Source of the DNA: a virus
Lineage: Duplodnaviria > Caudoviricetes
Length of the DNA: 64,000 bases
Reading direction: 5' to 3' (one strand)
Virus record (IMG/VR): IMGVR_UViG_3300042269_000666
Location: 12,507-76,506 of that record
Below, piece by piece: positions 8,146 through 17,899 of the stretch; positions within the stretch are counted from its first letter, which is position 1, and the number at the start of each line of letters is the position of its first letter. Under the pieces are notes generated by a model that worked only from the letters and a program-made list of their open reading frames with translations, was not told the DNA's origin and searched no databases. The translations under genes and the position numbers were made by a program.

Positions 8146-10065
8146 ATGTCTGAATCATCTGAAGCAAAAATCAAACGTTGCGTTATTTATACGAGGAAGA
8201 GTACCGATAAGGGGTTGGAAGAGGAATTCAATTCTTTGGATGCGCAGCGGGAATCCGCTGAAAATTTTATCAAAAGTCAGAAGCACAACGGCTGGCGATT
8301 GCTCCCTGTGCATTACGATGACGGCGGCTACTCCGGCGGCAATACCGAACGCCCTGCATTGAAACGCCTGATGGAAGATATAAAAGCTGGCGGAATAGAT
8401 ATTCTGGTAATTTACAAAATGGATCGTCTATCGCGTTCTCTGCTGGATTTTATGAATCTGGCGGAGTTTTTTGAAAAGCACAATGTCAGCTTCGTTTCCG
8501 TCACCCAGGACATCAATACTTCGACCTCTTCAGGCCGCATGATGCTCAATATTCTGATGGCCTTCGGGCAGTATGAGCGGGAAATTATTGGGGAGAGAAT
8601 TCTGGACAGCGTTGCCGGAAAAAAACGGCGCGGAAAATATTGCGGTGGCGGCCCGGTGTTGGGTTATGATGTTGATGATAAGAAACTTGTGATTAATCCT
8701 AAGGAAGCGAAAGTCATCAGGGAAATTTTCAAACTGTACGCAAAACTCGGTTCCGGTCGTGAAGTCGCCCGGATTATGAACGAGAAAGGAGCGCGCACCA
8801 AAAGCTGGACCTCGCAGAAAGGCAAATTTCATCCCGGCGCTAAACTGACTTCCAAGGCGCTCTACCGAATTCTGAGTAATCCGCTCTACATCGGTATGGT
8901 TCCGCATAAAGAGAAAACCTACCCCGGTGAACAGGATGCGATTATCGACAAGCCGCTTTGGGACCAGGTACAGGATTTGTTACAGGAAAACCGTCCGCTC
9001 AAACCCGGCGCCAAGAGGAACCCCATTGATTCTCCGTTCAAAGGATTGATGGTTTGCGGTTACTGCGGCGGCGCGTTCGGGATAACCTATACTAAAAAGA
9101 AAAACCGCCGTTATATGTATTACATCTGCATTAAAGACAATAACCGTGCCGAACATGAATGCCCACTGCGACGTTTTGCCGCCGGGGACATCGATAAAAT
9201 TATTCTCCGGCAACTCAACTATCTCTTTAAAAATCCGGCTATCCTGATGAAACTCTTTGAGTTACTACGAGAACGGGAGGAAGAGCAGAGCAAGGAGCTA
9301 CTGGAGCGACAAGCTGAATTGGAAAAGGCACAACAGGTAATCCGCGACCAACTGCAGTCTGGGGGCGATATTATCACCTTGAGGGAAGAGTTTAACAAGC
9401 TCAATCAGGAGTTGGATGGGGTAAAAAGCGAACTCAACTCTCTGAAGGAAATTTATTCCACCCGTGACCTGGCGGAAACCTGCAGTTCGATTGAAGCAGT
9501 CTGGGAGGAGCTGTTTCCGGTGGAACGCTATAAACTGGCGCATCTGCTTATCAACAAAATCACGCTATATAAGGACCGAATAGTCATGGACATCAAACAC
9601 CATGGTCTCAAATCTATGATCCGGGATTTAAAATCCGAACCGGAAATTACGGCAGTCACGCCTGTTGGGCAGGACACTATTCAACTGACGATTCCGATGC
9701 TGGTCAAACGCTGGAACGGACGCAAGCTCATCATGATGCCGGATGAACTGGAAAATGACGAACCGGAAAAAGACGAATCCAATGCTGTGGCGAAAAAACT
9801 GGCGCAGGCATACCGGCTGATGGCGATGATTGAAGCAGGTAAATATTCCACACGCACCCGTCTGGCCGAAGACCTCGGCCTCGATCAGTCAATGGTAGTA
9901 AAAACGCTCAACCTGCTAAATTTATCCCCGAAAATCCAGAAGATGATCGTCGAAAATAAAATGCCCGACGGCATGACGCTGGAACGGCTTTACGGGAATA
10001 TTCCGATTGAATGGGAGGAACAAGAAAAAATATTCGGATTAAAACAGGAGGTGCAACATGCATAA
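8146..10065 (+). CDS. Large serine recombinase (resolvase + recombinase + Zn ribbon) with C-terminal HTH-like extension
   Basis: IYTRKS catalytic Ser, DDGGYSG, DRLSR, CGYCG..C Zn ribbon; start placed at ATG 8146 after GAGG. Confidence 0.92.
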   Translation: MSESSEAKIKRCVIYTRKSTDKGLEEEFNSLDAQRESAENFIKSQKHNGWRLLPVHYDDGGYSGGNTERPALKRLMEDIKAGGIDILVIYKMDRLSRSLLDFMNLAEFFEKHNVSFVSVTQDINTSTSSGRMMLNILMAFGQYEREIIGERILDSVAGKKRRGKYCGGGPVLGYDVDDKKLVINPKEAKVIREIFKLYAKLGSGREVARIMNEKGARTKSWTSQKGKFHPGAKLTSKALYRILSNPLYIGMVPHKEKTYPGEQDAIIDKPLWDQVQDLLQENRPLKPGAKRNPIDSPFKGLMVCGYCGGAFGITYTKKKNRRYMYYICIKDNNRAEHECPLRRFAAGDIDKIILRQLNYLFKNPAILMKLFELLREREEEQSKELLERQAELEKAQQVIRDQLQSGGDIITLREEFNKLNQELDGVKSELNSLKEIYSTRDLAETCSSIEAVWEELFPVERYKLAHLLINKITLYKDRIVMDIKHHGLKSMIRDLKSEPEITAVTPVGQDTIQLTIPMLVKRWNGRKLIMMPDELENDEPEKDESNAVAKKLAQAYRLMAMIEAGKYSTRTRLAEDLGLDQSMVVKTLNLLNLSPKIQKMIVENKMPDGMTLERLYGNIPIEWEEQEKIFGLKQEVQHA

Positions 10066-10606
10066 CAAAAAACAAATCCTTAAGGACGCATTGAAATTTG
10101 ATGAATTGAAAAGCCTCGACAAAGAGACTTTTCTAAACGCATGGAAAGCGATAGCCTTTCTCAACCCAGGATTGCATCCTGACGAATATCAAAATCCCGA
10201 CGGAGGCTGGCCCGAAGAATTAAAGGTGTTTGCGGAAGAAGCTTTTCGCCGTTCTGAAGCTGGAGAACTTGCCGATGATGAGCTATATTGTTATGAGCAA
10301 GCCATGAAAGGTTTGGATGCGAAGGAAAATATGAAAGTAAATTTGAATAAAATTGAAATTATTGAAGCAAACAGTGATGAAACGCTTTGTTTTTCAGCCC
10401 ATCTGTATATCAATGGAGTTTTTGTTGCAACCGTTCACAACAATGGACAAGGGGAAGCAAATCGCTATTATTTCAAAGATAAACGAATCAGGGATGAGTT
10501 TTTTTCATATTGCCGGAATCTTCCCGACTTTGATTCGCCATATGGACCGCTAACGGCTGACGAAGACCTAGTTATTGGCGATTTAATCGCGAAAAAATTA
10601 TCCTGA
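10058..10606 (+). CDS. Hypothetical protein (possibly two fused domains)
   Basis: 182 aa, GGAGG RBS, overlaps recombinase stop; internal MKVNL.. looks like a second domain. Confidence 0.6.
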   Translation: MHNKKQILKDALKFDELKSLDKETFLNAWKAIAFLNPGLHPDEYQNPDGGWPEELKVFAEEAFRRSEAGELADDELYCYEQAMKGLDAKENMKVNLNKIEIIEANSDETLCFSAHLYINGVFVATVHNNGQGEANRYYFKDKRIRDEFFSYCRNLPDFDSPYGPLTADEDLVIGDLIAKKLS

Positions 10607-10866
10607 CTAAAAAAGCAACATTTTATACATTGGATAAAATTGAAAAGCTTTACAAAAGATATCTTTCAAAGTTTATAGAAGGCAATAAGCCAGAAGTATA
10701 TTAATCGGCATATTAGAAAATAATCGGTTTAAATCGGCAAAGATCGTTTGACTTAGTGTATTCCTTGCATATATTTTAAGTAAAATTTCAGATTGAAAGA
10801 TTAAGTTATCTTTTATTCTGTTTTTTAACCATTTTGAGTAATATTCAAGCGCCAACGGGGCATAAA

Positions 10867-11076
10867 ATGAATGAAATGGAAGATCGCTGGTTATCAATAA
10901 CCGAAATCTGCAAGTACCTCGGTGTAAGTAACGATACGGTATATAAATGGATTGATAAACACAATATGCCGGCTCATCGTATGGGACGTCTCTGGAAGTT
11001 CAAAAAAAACGAGGTAGATGAATGGATTAAAGCAGGAGGGGCAGCGGTAAAGGCTGGAGATACTCATGCGAAATAA
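10867..11076 (+). CDS. Excisionase-like HTH (HTH_17) DNA-binding protein
   Basis: RWLSITEICKYLGVSNDTVYKWI..PAHRMGRLWKFKKNEVDEWI. Confidence 0.85.
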   Translation: MNEMEDRWLSITEICKYLGVSNDTVYKWIDKHNMPAHRMGRLWKFKKNEVDEWIKAGGAAVKAGDTHAK

Positions 11077-11208
11077 CTGGAAATTAATGAGAACAGTAAT
11101 TCAAATAAAGGTGTTTTCCGGAGCTTACAGTGATTTTATATTTGCTGGCTGTTTTGTATATGCCAACGAATCGCATCCGGCAAATAAGCAAAGAACGGAG
11201 ATTATTTT

Positions 11209-12471
11209 ATGAATCAGGAATTGAACTTTCTTGATTTGTTTGCCGGAGCCGGCGGGTTGTCTGAAGGCTTTATCCGAGCCGGGTTCACTCCAGTTGCACA
11301 TGTTGAATCGGATCGGGCGGCCTGTTTTACTCTGCGGACCCGCATGGCTTATCATTGGCTGAATACTCAAAAACGAACAGAATTATATGCTGATTATCTG
11401 AATGGTGCTCTGTCTCGCCATGAATTTTATGAGCAAATTCCTGAAGATGTTATTGGTTCGGTCATTAACGCTGAGATCGGGGCAAAAACATTGTCGGAGA
11501 TTTTCCGACAGGTTGATGCCATGTTGAAAAATCGAAAGCTTGACCTGATTGTCGGGGGGCCTCCCTGCCAGGCCTATTCTATTGTTGGCAGGTCACGAGA
11601 CCAGAACCGGATGAAAGGCGACAAACGGAACTATCTTTATATTTATTATGCCGAATTTCTGAAACGCTATCAACCATCGTATTTTGTCTTTGAAAATGTA
11701 ACTGGTCTTTTTTCCGCCAAGGACGAAAACGGTTGTCTTTATCTTACCTCTATGAGGAATCTCTTTCATAAGTGTGGTTATGAAACTGAATTTAAGACGC
11801 TTTCTGCAGAAAATTATGGTGTTCTGCAAAGCAGGAAAAGAATTATTCTTGTAGGGAAAAAAGGCAAAACTACGGGATTTTATCCGAATCCAGATAAATG
11901 GAATCCAGATGTAAAAGTTCGTGAAATATTTCAGGACCTCCCCGTTATTGCTGCAGGAGAAGGAAGTCCGGGCCCCTGTCGTGTTGGAAGATATAACGGA
12001 ACATGGCAGATTAAGGCTGGAATCCGGAATGAAAAACTCCCGGTTACATGGCATCAGTCAAGATCCAATACCGATCAGGATCTTGAAATATACCGAATTG
12101 CAGTCGAGCTCTGGAACAAAAAGAAGAGCCGACTTGATTATAATTTGTTACCAGATCGATTGAAAACACATCGTCACAGAAATTCATTTGTTGACAGATT
12201 CAAAGTTGTTGCATCTGATTTGCCGTTTTCTCATACTGTGGTCGCACATATTGCTAAAGACGGACACTATTATATCCATCCGGATATAAATCAGAACCGT
12301 TCTATCACCCCCAGAGAAGCGGCACGATTGCAAACATTCCCTGATGACTATTGCTTTGAAAGCAGTAATGAATCTCCAGGGCGAACTCCCGTGTTTCGTC
12401 AGATTGGCAATGCTGTACCTGTTCTTCTGGCTCGGAAAATTGCAGAAAAATTAAAGGAGGGATGGTTGTGA
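11209..12471 (+). CDS. dcm: DNA cytosine-5 methyltransferase
   Basis: Motifs I DLFAGAGG, IV GGPPCQ, VI FENV, VIII QSRKR, IX-X TPREAARLQTFPD/QIGNAVP. Confidence 0.95.
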   Translation: MNQELNFLDLFAGAGGLSEGFIRAGFTPVAHVESDRAACFTLRTRMAYHWLNTQKRTELYADYLNGALSRHEFYEQIPEDVIGSVINAEIGAKTLSEIFRQVDAMLKNRKLDLIVGGPPCQAYSIVGRSRDQNRMKGDKRNYLYIYYAEFLKRYQPSYFVFENVTGLFSAKDENGCLYLTSMRNLFHKCGYETEFKTLSAENYGVLQSRKRIILVGKKGKTTGFYPNPDKWNPDVKVREIFQDLPVIAAGEGSPGPCRVGRYNGTWQIKAGIRNEKLPVTWHQSRSNTDQDLEIYRIAVELWNKKKSRLDYNLLPDRLKTHRHRNSFVDRFKVVASDLPFSHTVVAHIAKDGHYYIHPDINQNRSITPREAARLQTFPDDYCFESSNESPGRTPVFRQIGNAVPVLLARKIAEKLKEGWL

Positions 12472-14624
12472 GTTCAAGTGGTACTTATAAAATACGACCG
12501 GCGGGGCGACATATTCTGACTATTGGTCGAGATTTGATTCAGGATTGTTATGCTGCTGTAGTAGAGTTGGTTAAAAATGCTTATGATGCTGATTCTCCGG
12601 AAGTTAACATTATATTTCAAGCAAAACCTGATAGTAGTGGTTATTCTATTATCATTTCTGACCGGGGGCATGGTATGTCTCGGGATACCGTTATCCACAA
12701 ATGGATGGTACCTTCTACACGCGACAAGCTTGATCGGCGGGTAAGTCCCTCCGGCAGAATTATGCAGGGGCGGAAAGGTGTGGGGCGATATGCCGCTTCT
12801 ATTCTGGGCTCTGATCTCCTTCTGGAAACAGTCTCTCCAGAAGGGGAAAAAACCATGGCTTTGGTTGAATGGAGTACCTTTGAGGCAGCCGAATATCTGG
12901 ATAACGTGGAAATATTGATTGAAACGGCTAGGGGCTCAGAACCTTCTGGTACTAAGCTAACCATGACTGGTGATAGTGAATTTCTTGCAGAATGGGATCA
13001 AAACCAATTCAACAAGCTTCGTTTTGAACTGAAAAAGCTGATATCACCTGTAAATGCAGCTATAAGCGATACACAGGATAATGATGATGAGTTTTGCATC
13101 AATCTGGAAATTTATGGGTTTCCCAATGTACAGGACATTGCTGAAACCATCGAGCCTTATCCGATTTTTGATCTTTTTGATTACCGAATATTTGGAAAAA
13201 TAGATGTCGATGGTAAAGGTACATTGACATATTCATTACAAAAAGCACGCAACACATCTGACGAAAAAATCCAGTTTGATGCCGGAGTAGCCACTGGTTG
13301 CGGGGAATTGTTTTTTGATATCCGGGTATATGACCGCGAGAAGGAAGCTATTGAATCTCTTATTGGGCGTGGTCTTAAAGACGAATCGGGGAACTATGTC
13401 GGGAAGCTCCAGGCCAGGCAACTTCTTAATGAATACAACGGTATCGGCGTTTATCGGAACGGATTTCGCATCCGACCGCTCGGAGATGCAGATTTTGACT
13501 GGCTGAAACTTAATGAGCAACGTGTTCAGAACCCTTCATTACGTATAGGTAGTAATCAGGCTATCGGATATGTACAGATTCAGTCAGATGAGCTGTCGGG
13601 TCTAGTAGAAAAAAGTGCGCGGGATGGGCTTCGTGAAAACAATGCCTTTGCCAGGCTGAAAGAAATAACTAAAACAGTAATCTCAAAACTTGAAGAGCGA
13701 CGTTTCGATTACAGAAAAAAAGCCGGGCTCAGCCGGCCTGTGCTTAAAGTTGAACGAGAACTTGAAAGGTTATTTTCCTTTGATGATTTGAAACGTAATA
13801 TTCGGTCCAGACTTACCAGAGGCGGAGTCAATAGAGAAACGGCTGATGAAATCATCAACATCATTAGCCGGGATGCCGAAGATAAAAACAAAGCAGCCGA
13901 AGAAATCAGACAGGCTGTGGCCATCTATCAGGGACAGGCAACCCTCGGAAAAATTATTAACGTTATATTGCATGAAGGCAGGCGCCCTCTTAGTTATTTC
14001 AGAAATCAGATTCCACGCATTCATAAAAAAGTTCAGGCGTTTCAGAAAGAACAGAATATAAATACCGCTATTGATATTCGGGAAATATCGGAAGGTATCG
14101 GGAATAATTCAGAAATTTTTGTTGCTCTTTTTGGTCGACTGGATCCTTTAGCTGCAGGTAAGCGTACCGCAAAAAAACCAATTAACCTGAAAAAAATGAT
14201 TTTGGATTCACTTTGTGTCTTCGCAGAAGAAATGAAAACACATAATGTGGAGGCAATAGTTAATGGACCAGATAACTTCATGTTTTCAACATGGCGACAA
14301 GATATCCAGGCAATTTTCACAAATCTAATTGACAACAGTATTTATTGGATGAATGAAAAAGAGATTGAGAAGCGGCAAATCATGATTGAAATAGTAACCG
14401 ATAATGATGCTCTTTTGTACGTTGACTATCGTGATACCGGTCCTGGTATTGAACCATCACTGATTAATAGTGAAGTAATTTTTGAACCACAATTTTCAAC
14501 TAAGCCTTCTGGTACGGGATTAGGGCTGGCTATTGCCGGAGAAGCTGCAACGAGAAATGGGTTGGAACTGAAAGCATTTGAGGCTGATGCGGGTGCTTAT
14601 TTCAGACTTCAACCCGAGGAGTAA
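12462..14624 (+). CDS. MORC/MutL-type GHKL ATPase fused to a histidine kinase
   Basis: N-terminal ELVKNAYDA, DRGHGM, GRKGVGR; C-terminal H box ILHEGRRPL, N box NLIDNS, DTGPGI, FSTK, GTGLGL. Confidence 0.88.
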   Translation: MVVSSSGTYKIRPAGRHILTIGRDLIQDCYAAVVELVKNAYDADSPEVNIIFQAKPDSSGYSIIISDRGHGMSRDTVIHKWMVPSTRDKLDRRVSPSGRIMQGRKGVGRYAASILGSDLLLETVSPEGEKTMALVEWSTFEAAEYLDNVEILIETARGSEPSGTKLTMTGDSEFLAEWDQNQFNKLRFELKKLISPVNAAISDTQDNDDEFCINLEIYGFPNVQDIAETIEPYPIFDLFDYRIFGKIDVDGKGTLTYSLQKARNTSDEKIQFDAGVATGCGELFFDIRVYDREKEAIESLIGRGLKDESGNYVGKLQARQLLNEYNGIGVYRNGFRIRPLGDADFDWLKLNEQRVQNPSLRIGSNQAIGYVQIQSDELSGLVEKSARDGLRENNAFARLKEITKTVISKLEERRFDYRKKAGLSRPVLKVERELERLFSFDDLKRNIRSRLTRGGVNRETADEIINIISRDAEDKNKAAEEIRQAVAIYQGQATLGKIINVILHEGRRPLSYFRNQIPRIHKKVQAFQKEQNINTAIDIREISEGIGNNSEIFVALFGRLDPLAAGKRTAKKPINLKKMILDSLCVFAEEMKTHNVEAIVNGPDNFMFSTWRQDIQAIFTNLIDNSIYWMNEKEIEKRQIMIEIVTDNDALLYVDYRDTGPGIEPSLINSEVIFEPQFSTKPSGTGLGLAIAGEAATRNGLELKAFEADAGAYFRLQPEE

Positions 14625-14627
14625 TAT

Positions 14628-15725
14628 ATGAATGACTTCAAATTAATGCTTGTAGAGGATAGCGAAGAAGATATCAAATTGTGTCGTGCATGCATTGAAG
14701 ATTTTCAGCAAGAAAAATCATGTACTATTGATCTCGTTGAGAGCAGAAATGTTGATGAGGCATTCATAAAACTGGATAATTCTTTTGATGCCGCAATAAT
14801 TGATCTTAAACTTGCAGATCAAGGTAATGAGGGAAATCAGGTGGTTAATCGAATTGCAGAATCGCACTTGCGTATTCCAATGGCAATTCTTACCGGAACT
14901 CCAGATGCTGCCGACCTTGACTTTGCATATATCGGAATATTCAAAAAAGGTGATCCTGGCGCAGGGTATGTTGACATCATGGAACATTTCTGGAAAATTC
15001 ACAACACTGGACTTACACGCATCATGGGAGGCCGTGGAAAAATTGAAGAAACTCTGGATAATGTTTTCAAAAAAAATCTGCTTCCTGAACAATATCGAAA
15101 AAAATGGATAGAATATGGGGAAAAATATCCCGATCGAACTGAAAAAGCTCTTTTACGTCATGCACTTAGTCATTTGCTTCAGCTTCTTGATTATGATGGA
15201 AGCCGTTACTTTCCCGAAGAAGTTTATCTGGCTCCCCCTCTTGATTCGGAAATCAGAACCGGCAGTATTGTGAAAGAAAAAAGCAGCAATATTTTTTTTG
15301 TGGTTATGAATCCGGTCTGTGATCTTGTTGTTCGTGATACCGGAGAATGCAATACGGATAGAATTCTGCTTGTGGAAATAGATTCTCAATCTTTATTGTT
15401 TCCAAAGCATCCACCAACCGGACTCAGCAACAGCCAGAGAAAAGATTTGGAAAAAGCATATAAAAACAACAAGTCTTATTATTATCACTGGCTTCCTGAA
15501 ACAGATTTCTTTGACGGTGGTTTTCTGAATTTCAGAAAAATTTTCACGCTATCAAAAGACGAGTTAACAGAAAGATTTGAATGTCCATCTCTCCAGGTAT
15601 CGCCATCTTTTGTAAAAGATATGATTGCACGTTTTTCCGTATATTACGCTCGCCAGGGCCAACCGGATATAGACTTTGATCATTTCATCAATTCTTCTGC
15701 TGTACAAACTGGGAACTCTAAATAA
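14628..15725 (+). CDS. Response regulator receiver domain fused to an uncharacterised output domain
   Basis: LVEDSEED, IIDLKL (phospho-Asp), ILTG, FKK; C-terminal NPVCDL..RFSVYYARQGQP. Confidence 0.8.
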   Translation: MNDFKLMLVEDSEEDIKLCRACIEDFQQEKSCTIDLVESRNVDEAFIKLDNSFDAAIIDLKLADQGNEGNQVVNRIAESHLRIPMAILTGTPDAADLDFAYIGIFKKGDPGAGYVDIMEHFWKIHNTGLTRIMGGRGKIEETLDNVFKKNLLPEQYRKKWIEYGEKYPDRTEKALLRHALSHLLQLLDYDGSRYFPEEVYLAPPLDSEIRTGSIVKEKSSNIFFVVMNPVCDLVVRDTGECNTDRILLVEIDSQSLLFPKHPPTGLSNSQRKDLEKAYKNNKSYYYHWLPETDFFDGGFLNFRKIFTLSKDELTERFECPSLQVSPSFVKDMIARFSVYYARQGQPDIDFDHFINSSAVQTGNSK

Positions 15726-16189
15726 TGGATGTTCATTCTCCGGAACAACGTAGTTTTAATATGTCCAGAATCCGGGGGAAGAACACTCTTCCAGAAATGA
15801 TTGTGCGCAGATGGCTCTGGGCAAATGGCTACCGATATCGGCTTCACAAAAAAGACCTTCCTGGAAAACCAGACATAGTTTTATCAAAATATCATACAGT
15901 TATCTTTATCCATGGTTGTTTCTGGCATCGTCATGGTTGCCGGTTAACTACTACTCCAGGATCACGCAGGGATTTCTGGATTTCTAAATTTCAGGAGAAC
16001 GTTAACAGAGACAAGCGTAATATCGAAATACTGATGGATATGGGTTGGAGGGTAATGGTAGTATGGGAATGCATACTTAGAGGAAAAAATGCAGACATTG
16101 AATTATTTGCCAAACAGGTATCAGTTTTTTTTAATTCAAATACAAGCTTTTCTGAGATAGGTACAGAAATTCAGCCTACGGATTTGTAA
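15725..16189 (+). CDS. vsr: Very short patch repair endonuclease
   Basis: MDVHSPEQRSFNMSRI, PGKPDIV, FIHGCFWHRH, VVWEC. Confidence 0.95.
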   Translation: MDVHSPEQRSFNMSRIRGKNTLPEMIVRRWLWANGYRYRLHKKDLPGKPDIVLSKYHTVIFIHGCFWHRHGCRLTTTPGSRRDFWISKFQENVNRDKRNIEILMDMGWRVMVVWECILRGKNADIELFAKQVSVFFNSNTSFSEIGTEIQPTDL

Positions 16190-16270
16190 AATTGAAGATC
16201 ATTTTTATTTCTGTCAGATGATAATAGTTTTGCAATAAAATAATAGATTTGCCTTAATGGATTACTTTAT

Positions 16271-17242
16271 ATGACAATGCCCAAAAGACCCATACCACAT
16301 CATAATCAACAGTTATCCTTCACTGTTTTCGAAAACAAAGTCGGCAACCATTTGGGGATTATAAGACGCCAGACCGATAATGACTATGGTGTCGATTTCG
16401 AATTCGAGTTTGTTGATAAACAAAATGTTACAGGAAAAATAATAAAGTGCCAGTTAAAGTCTACAGAAAACATCTATATCAAAAAAGACGACTGTCCCAT
16501 ATGTAGAGGGATAAAGCAGAGCACCTTGGAGTATTGGGCTGAAATAAGTAAAAATATAAATGTCATAGTGTTTTTGGTTGATTTAAAAACTGAAAAGATA
16601 TATATGACCAAACCAATAAGAAGACAGGCCCATAGCCTTATATCTGACGATCCCAGCAAAACAAAAACTATATCATTTTTACCTTATTATTTCACCGATG
16701 AAATTATCCCTGTATTGACTAAAGCATTTGCATATGCTCCCACAGGGAATGAAGAAAAAAACTGTCATAAGAGGGCAATTGATTTTCTTCCGGCGCTTAT
16801 TGAGCAACTGACTTGGGTGGTTGGCTCTGACCCTACGTCTGAATTTGATATGGGAATAATAAGAACATTTTTGGATATATCTAAAGAGCTCTTATACTAC
16901 CCTAAAATATTGGGAAATGAATTTGCAGGCAAAGACGCTCATAATAACAAAATAGGAGTACGCATATGGAATGAAAATTACTGGCAGAATTTACTTGTTA
17001 GTCAGTGGCCTAATTTTTGGGCAAAAGAATCATTTGTTTTTTTATTCAATCTTTATGTTCGCGAACTAAAGATGCTAAAAGAATGCATGTCAAAAGGAGA
17101 GTATTACTGGAAAAAAAATGATCCAGATTATTTATATTTTGTCAATAACTCTTTTGTCCCTCGCGAAATTGATTTAAAAGCATGTAATGATGCTTGGAAG
17201 CTATATGAAGAATATGAAGCATTTCTAAAAAATCGAGATTAG
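16271..17242 (+). CDS. DUF4365-like protein (N-terminal PD-(D/E)XK-like domain)
   Basis: DYGVDFEFE..CQLKS..TLEYW..VFLVDL. Confidence 0.7.
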   Translation: MTMPKRPIPHHNQQLSFTVFENKVGNHLGIIRRQTDNDYGVDFEFEFVDKQNVTGKIIKCQLKSTENIYIKKDDCPICRGIKQSTLEYWAEISKNINVIVFLVDLKTEKIYMTKPIRRQAHSLISDDPSKTKTISFLPYYFTDEIIPVLTKAFAYAPTGNEEKNCHKRAIDFLPALIEQLTWVVGSDPTSEFDMGIIRTFLDISKELLYYPKILGNEFAGKDAHNNKIGVRIWNENYWQNLLVSQWPNFWAKESFVFLFNLYVRELKMLKECMSKGEYYWKKNDPDYLYFVNNSFVPREIDLKACNDAWKLYEEYEAFLKNRD

Positions 17243-17709
17243 AGCCATCGCTATCTATTTTGAGAATGATTAAACAGATTCAGAATAGATTTAAGCCTGA
17301 AGATTTGAAAATAGTCATAAATCAAACGAGAAAAACCTTAAAAACAACTTCCTGTAAAAATGCTAACCTCTCGCAGTAACTCCTGGAAAAAGTTCGAAAA
17401 AACACAGTTTTTTGCCTGTTTTTACCCCAGTCCAACTTACCGTTCAACAAACCGGGAAAGGCTTTTAAATGCCTTCTGTGCTCATAAGACGTTGGCAATA
17501 AAACACTAAGAGGCTTAATTTGGCTTGCTGAAATTAACTGGTGGCTACCAGTTATTTTAGAGAGAATCGTCTCAAACAGAGAGAAAACAGCGGATTAATA
17601 GCTTTTCTTAAAGGCCTGCCGGAAAATACTGAAATTCGTATATCCTTTTGACACAAGGGGATATGCATCATAATTACTTACTGGTAAGAGACATGAATAA
17701 AAAATAAAA

Positions 17710-17763
17710 TGGTACCCGGGGTGGGACTCGAACCCACACTCCACAAGGGAAACGGATTTTAAG
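17710..17763 (-). pseudogene. 3' half of tRNA-Leu(TAA); attachment-site core of the right-hand prophage
   Basis: Minus strand reads CTTAAAATCCG-long variable arm-GGTTCGAGTCCC-ACCCCGGGTACCA; upstream of the anticodon loop there is no D-arm or 5' acceptor strand; integrase starts 137 nt away. Confidence 0.88.
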
Positions 17764-17793
17764 AGCATTATTTTAAGTTCAAAAATGCTTGTG

Positions 17794-17815
17794 TGTATCA
17801 AGAATGTATCAAGAA
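17794..17815 (+). repeat. Tandem 11-bp direct repeat, likely integrase arm-type sites
   Basis: TGTATCAAGAA twice, between att core and integrase. Confidence 0.55.
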
Positions 17816-17899
17816 TTTTATATATTATATTGTTTGTTGTTAAAAATATACTATATTTGTCAAAAAGAATACAATTAATTTTAATAAGAAGAGTTTATC

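Larger units (their letters stand above)
1..17709 (+). mobile_element. Distal end of a prophage-like integrative element (DUF2924 + large serine recombinase type) with defence-type cargo
   Basis: Virion-like genes, then accessory cluster, DUF2924, serine recombinase and an AT-rich cargo, nearly all on +; ends at a tRNA 3' end. Left boundary is outside the window. Confidence 0.75.

Noticed and set aside
10700-10740. Three AATCGG repeats upstream of the HTH_17 gene
   Set aside because: Short and irregularly spaced; cannot be distinguished from chance without homologues.
17330-17600. Recombinase end site of the left element (hairpin TAACTGGT-N4-ACCAGTTA at 17535-17554)
   Set aside because: The partner end is outside the window; could equally be the tRNA terminator.
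17710-17795. Intact tRNA-Leu gene
   Set aside because: Sequence 5' of the anticodon loop cannot form a D-arm or acceptor stem; only the 3' half is present.
17595-17801. 68-aa minus-strand ORF
   Set aside because: Runs through the tRNA fragment/att core; no RBS or protein features.
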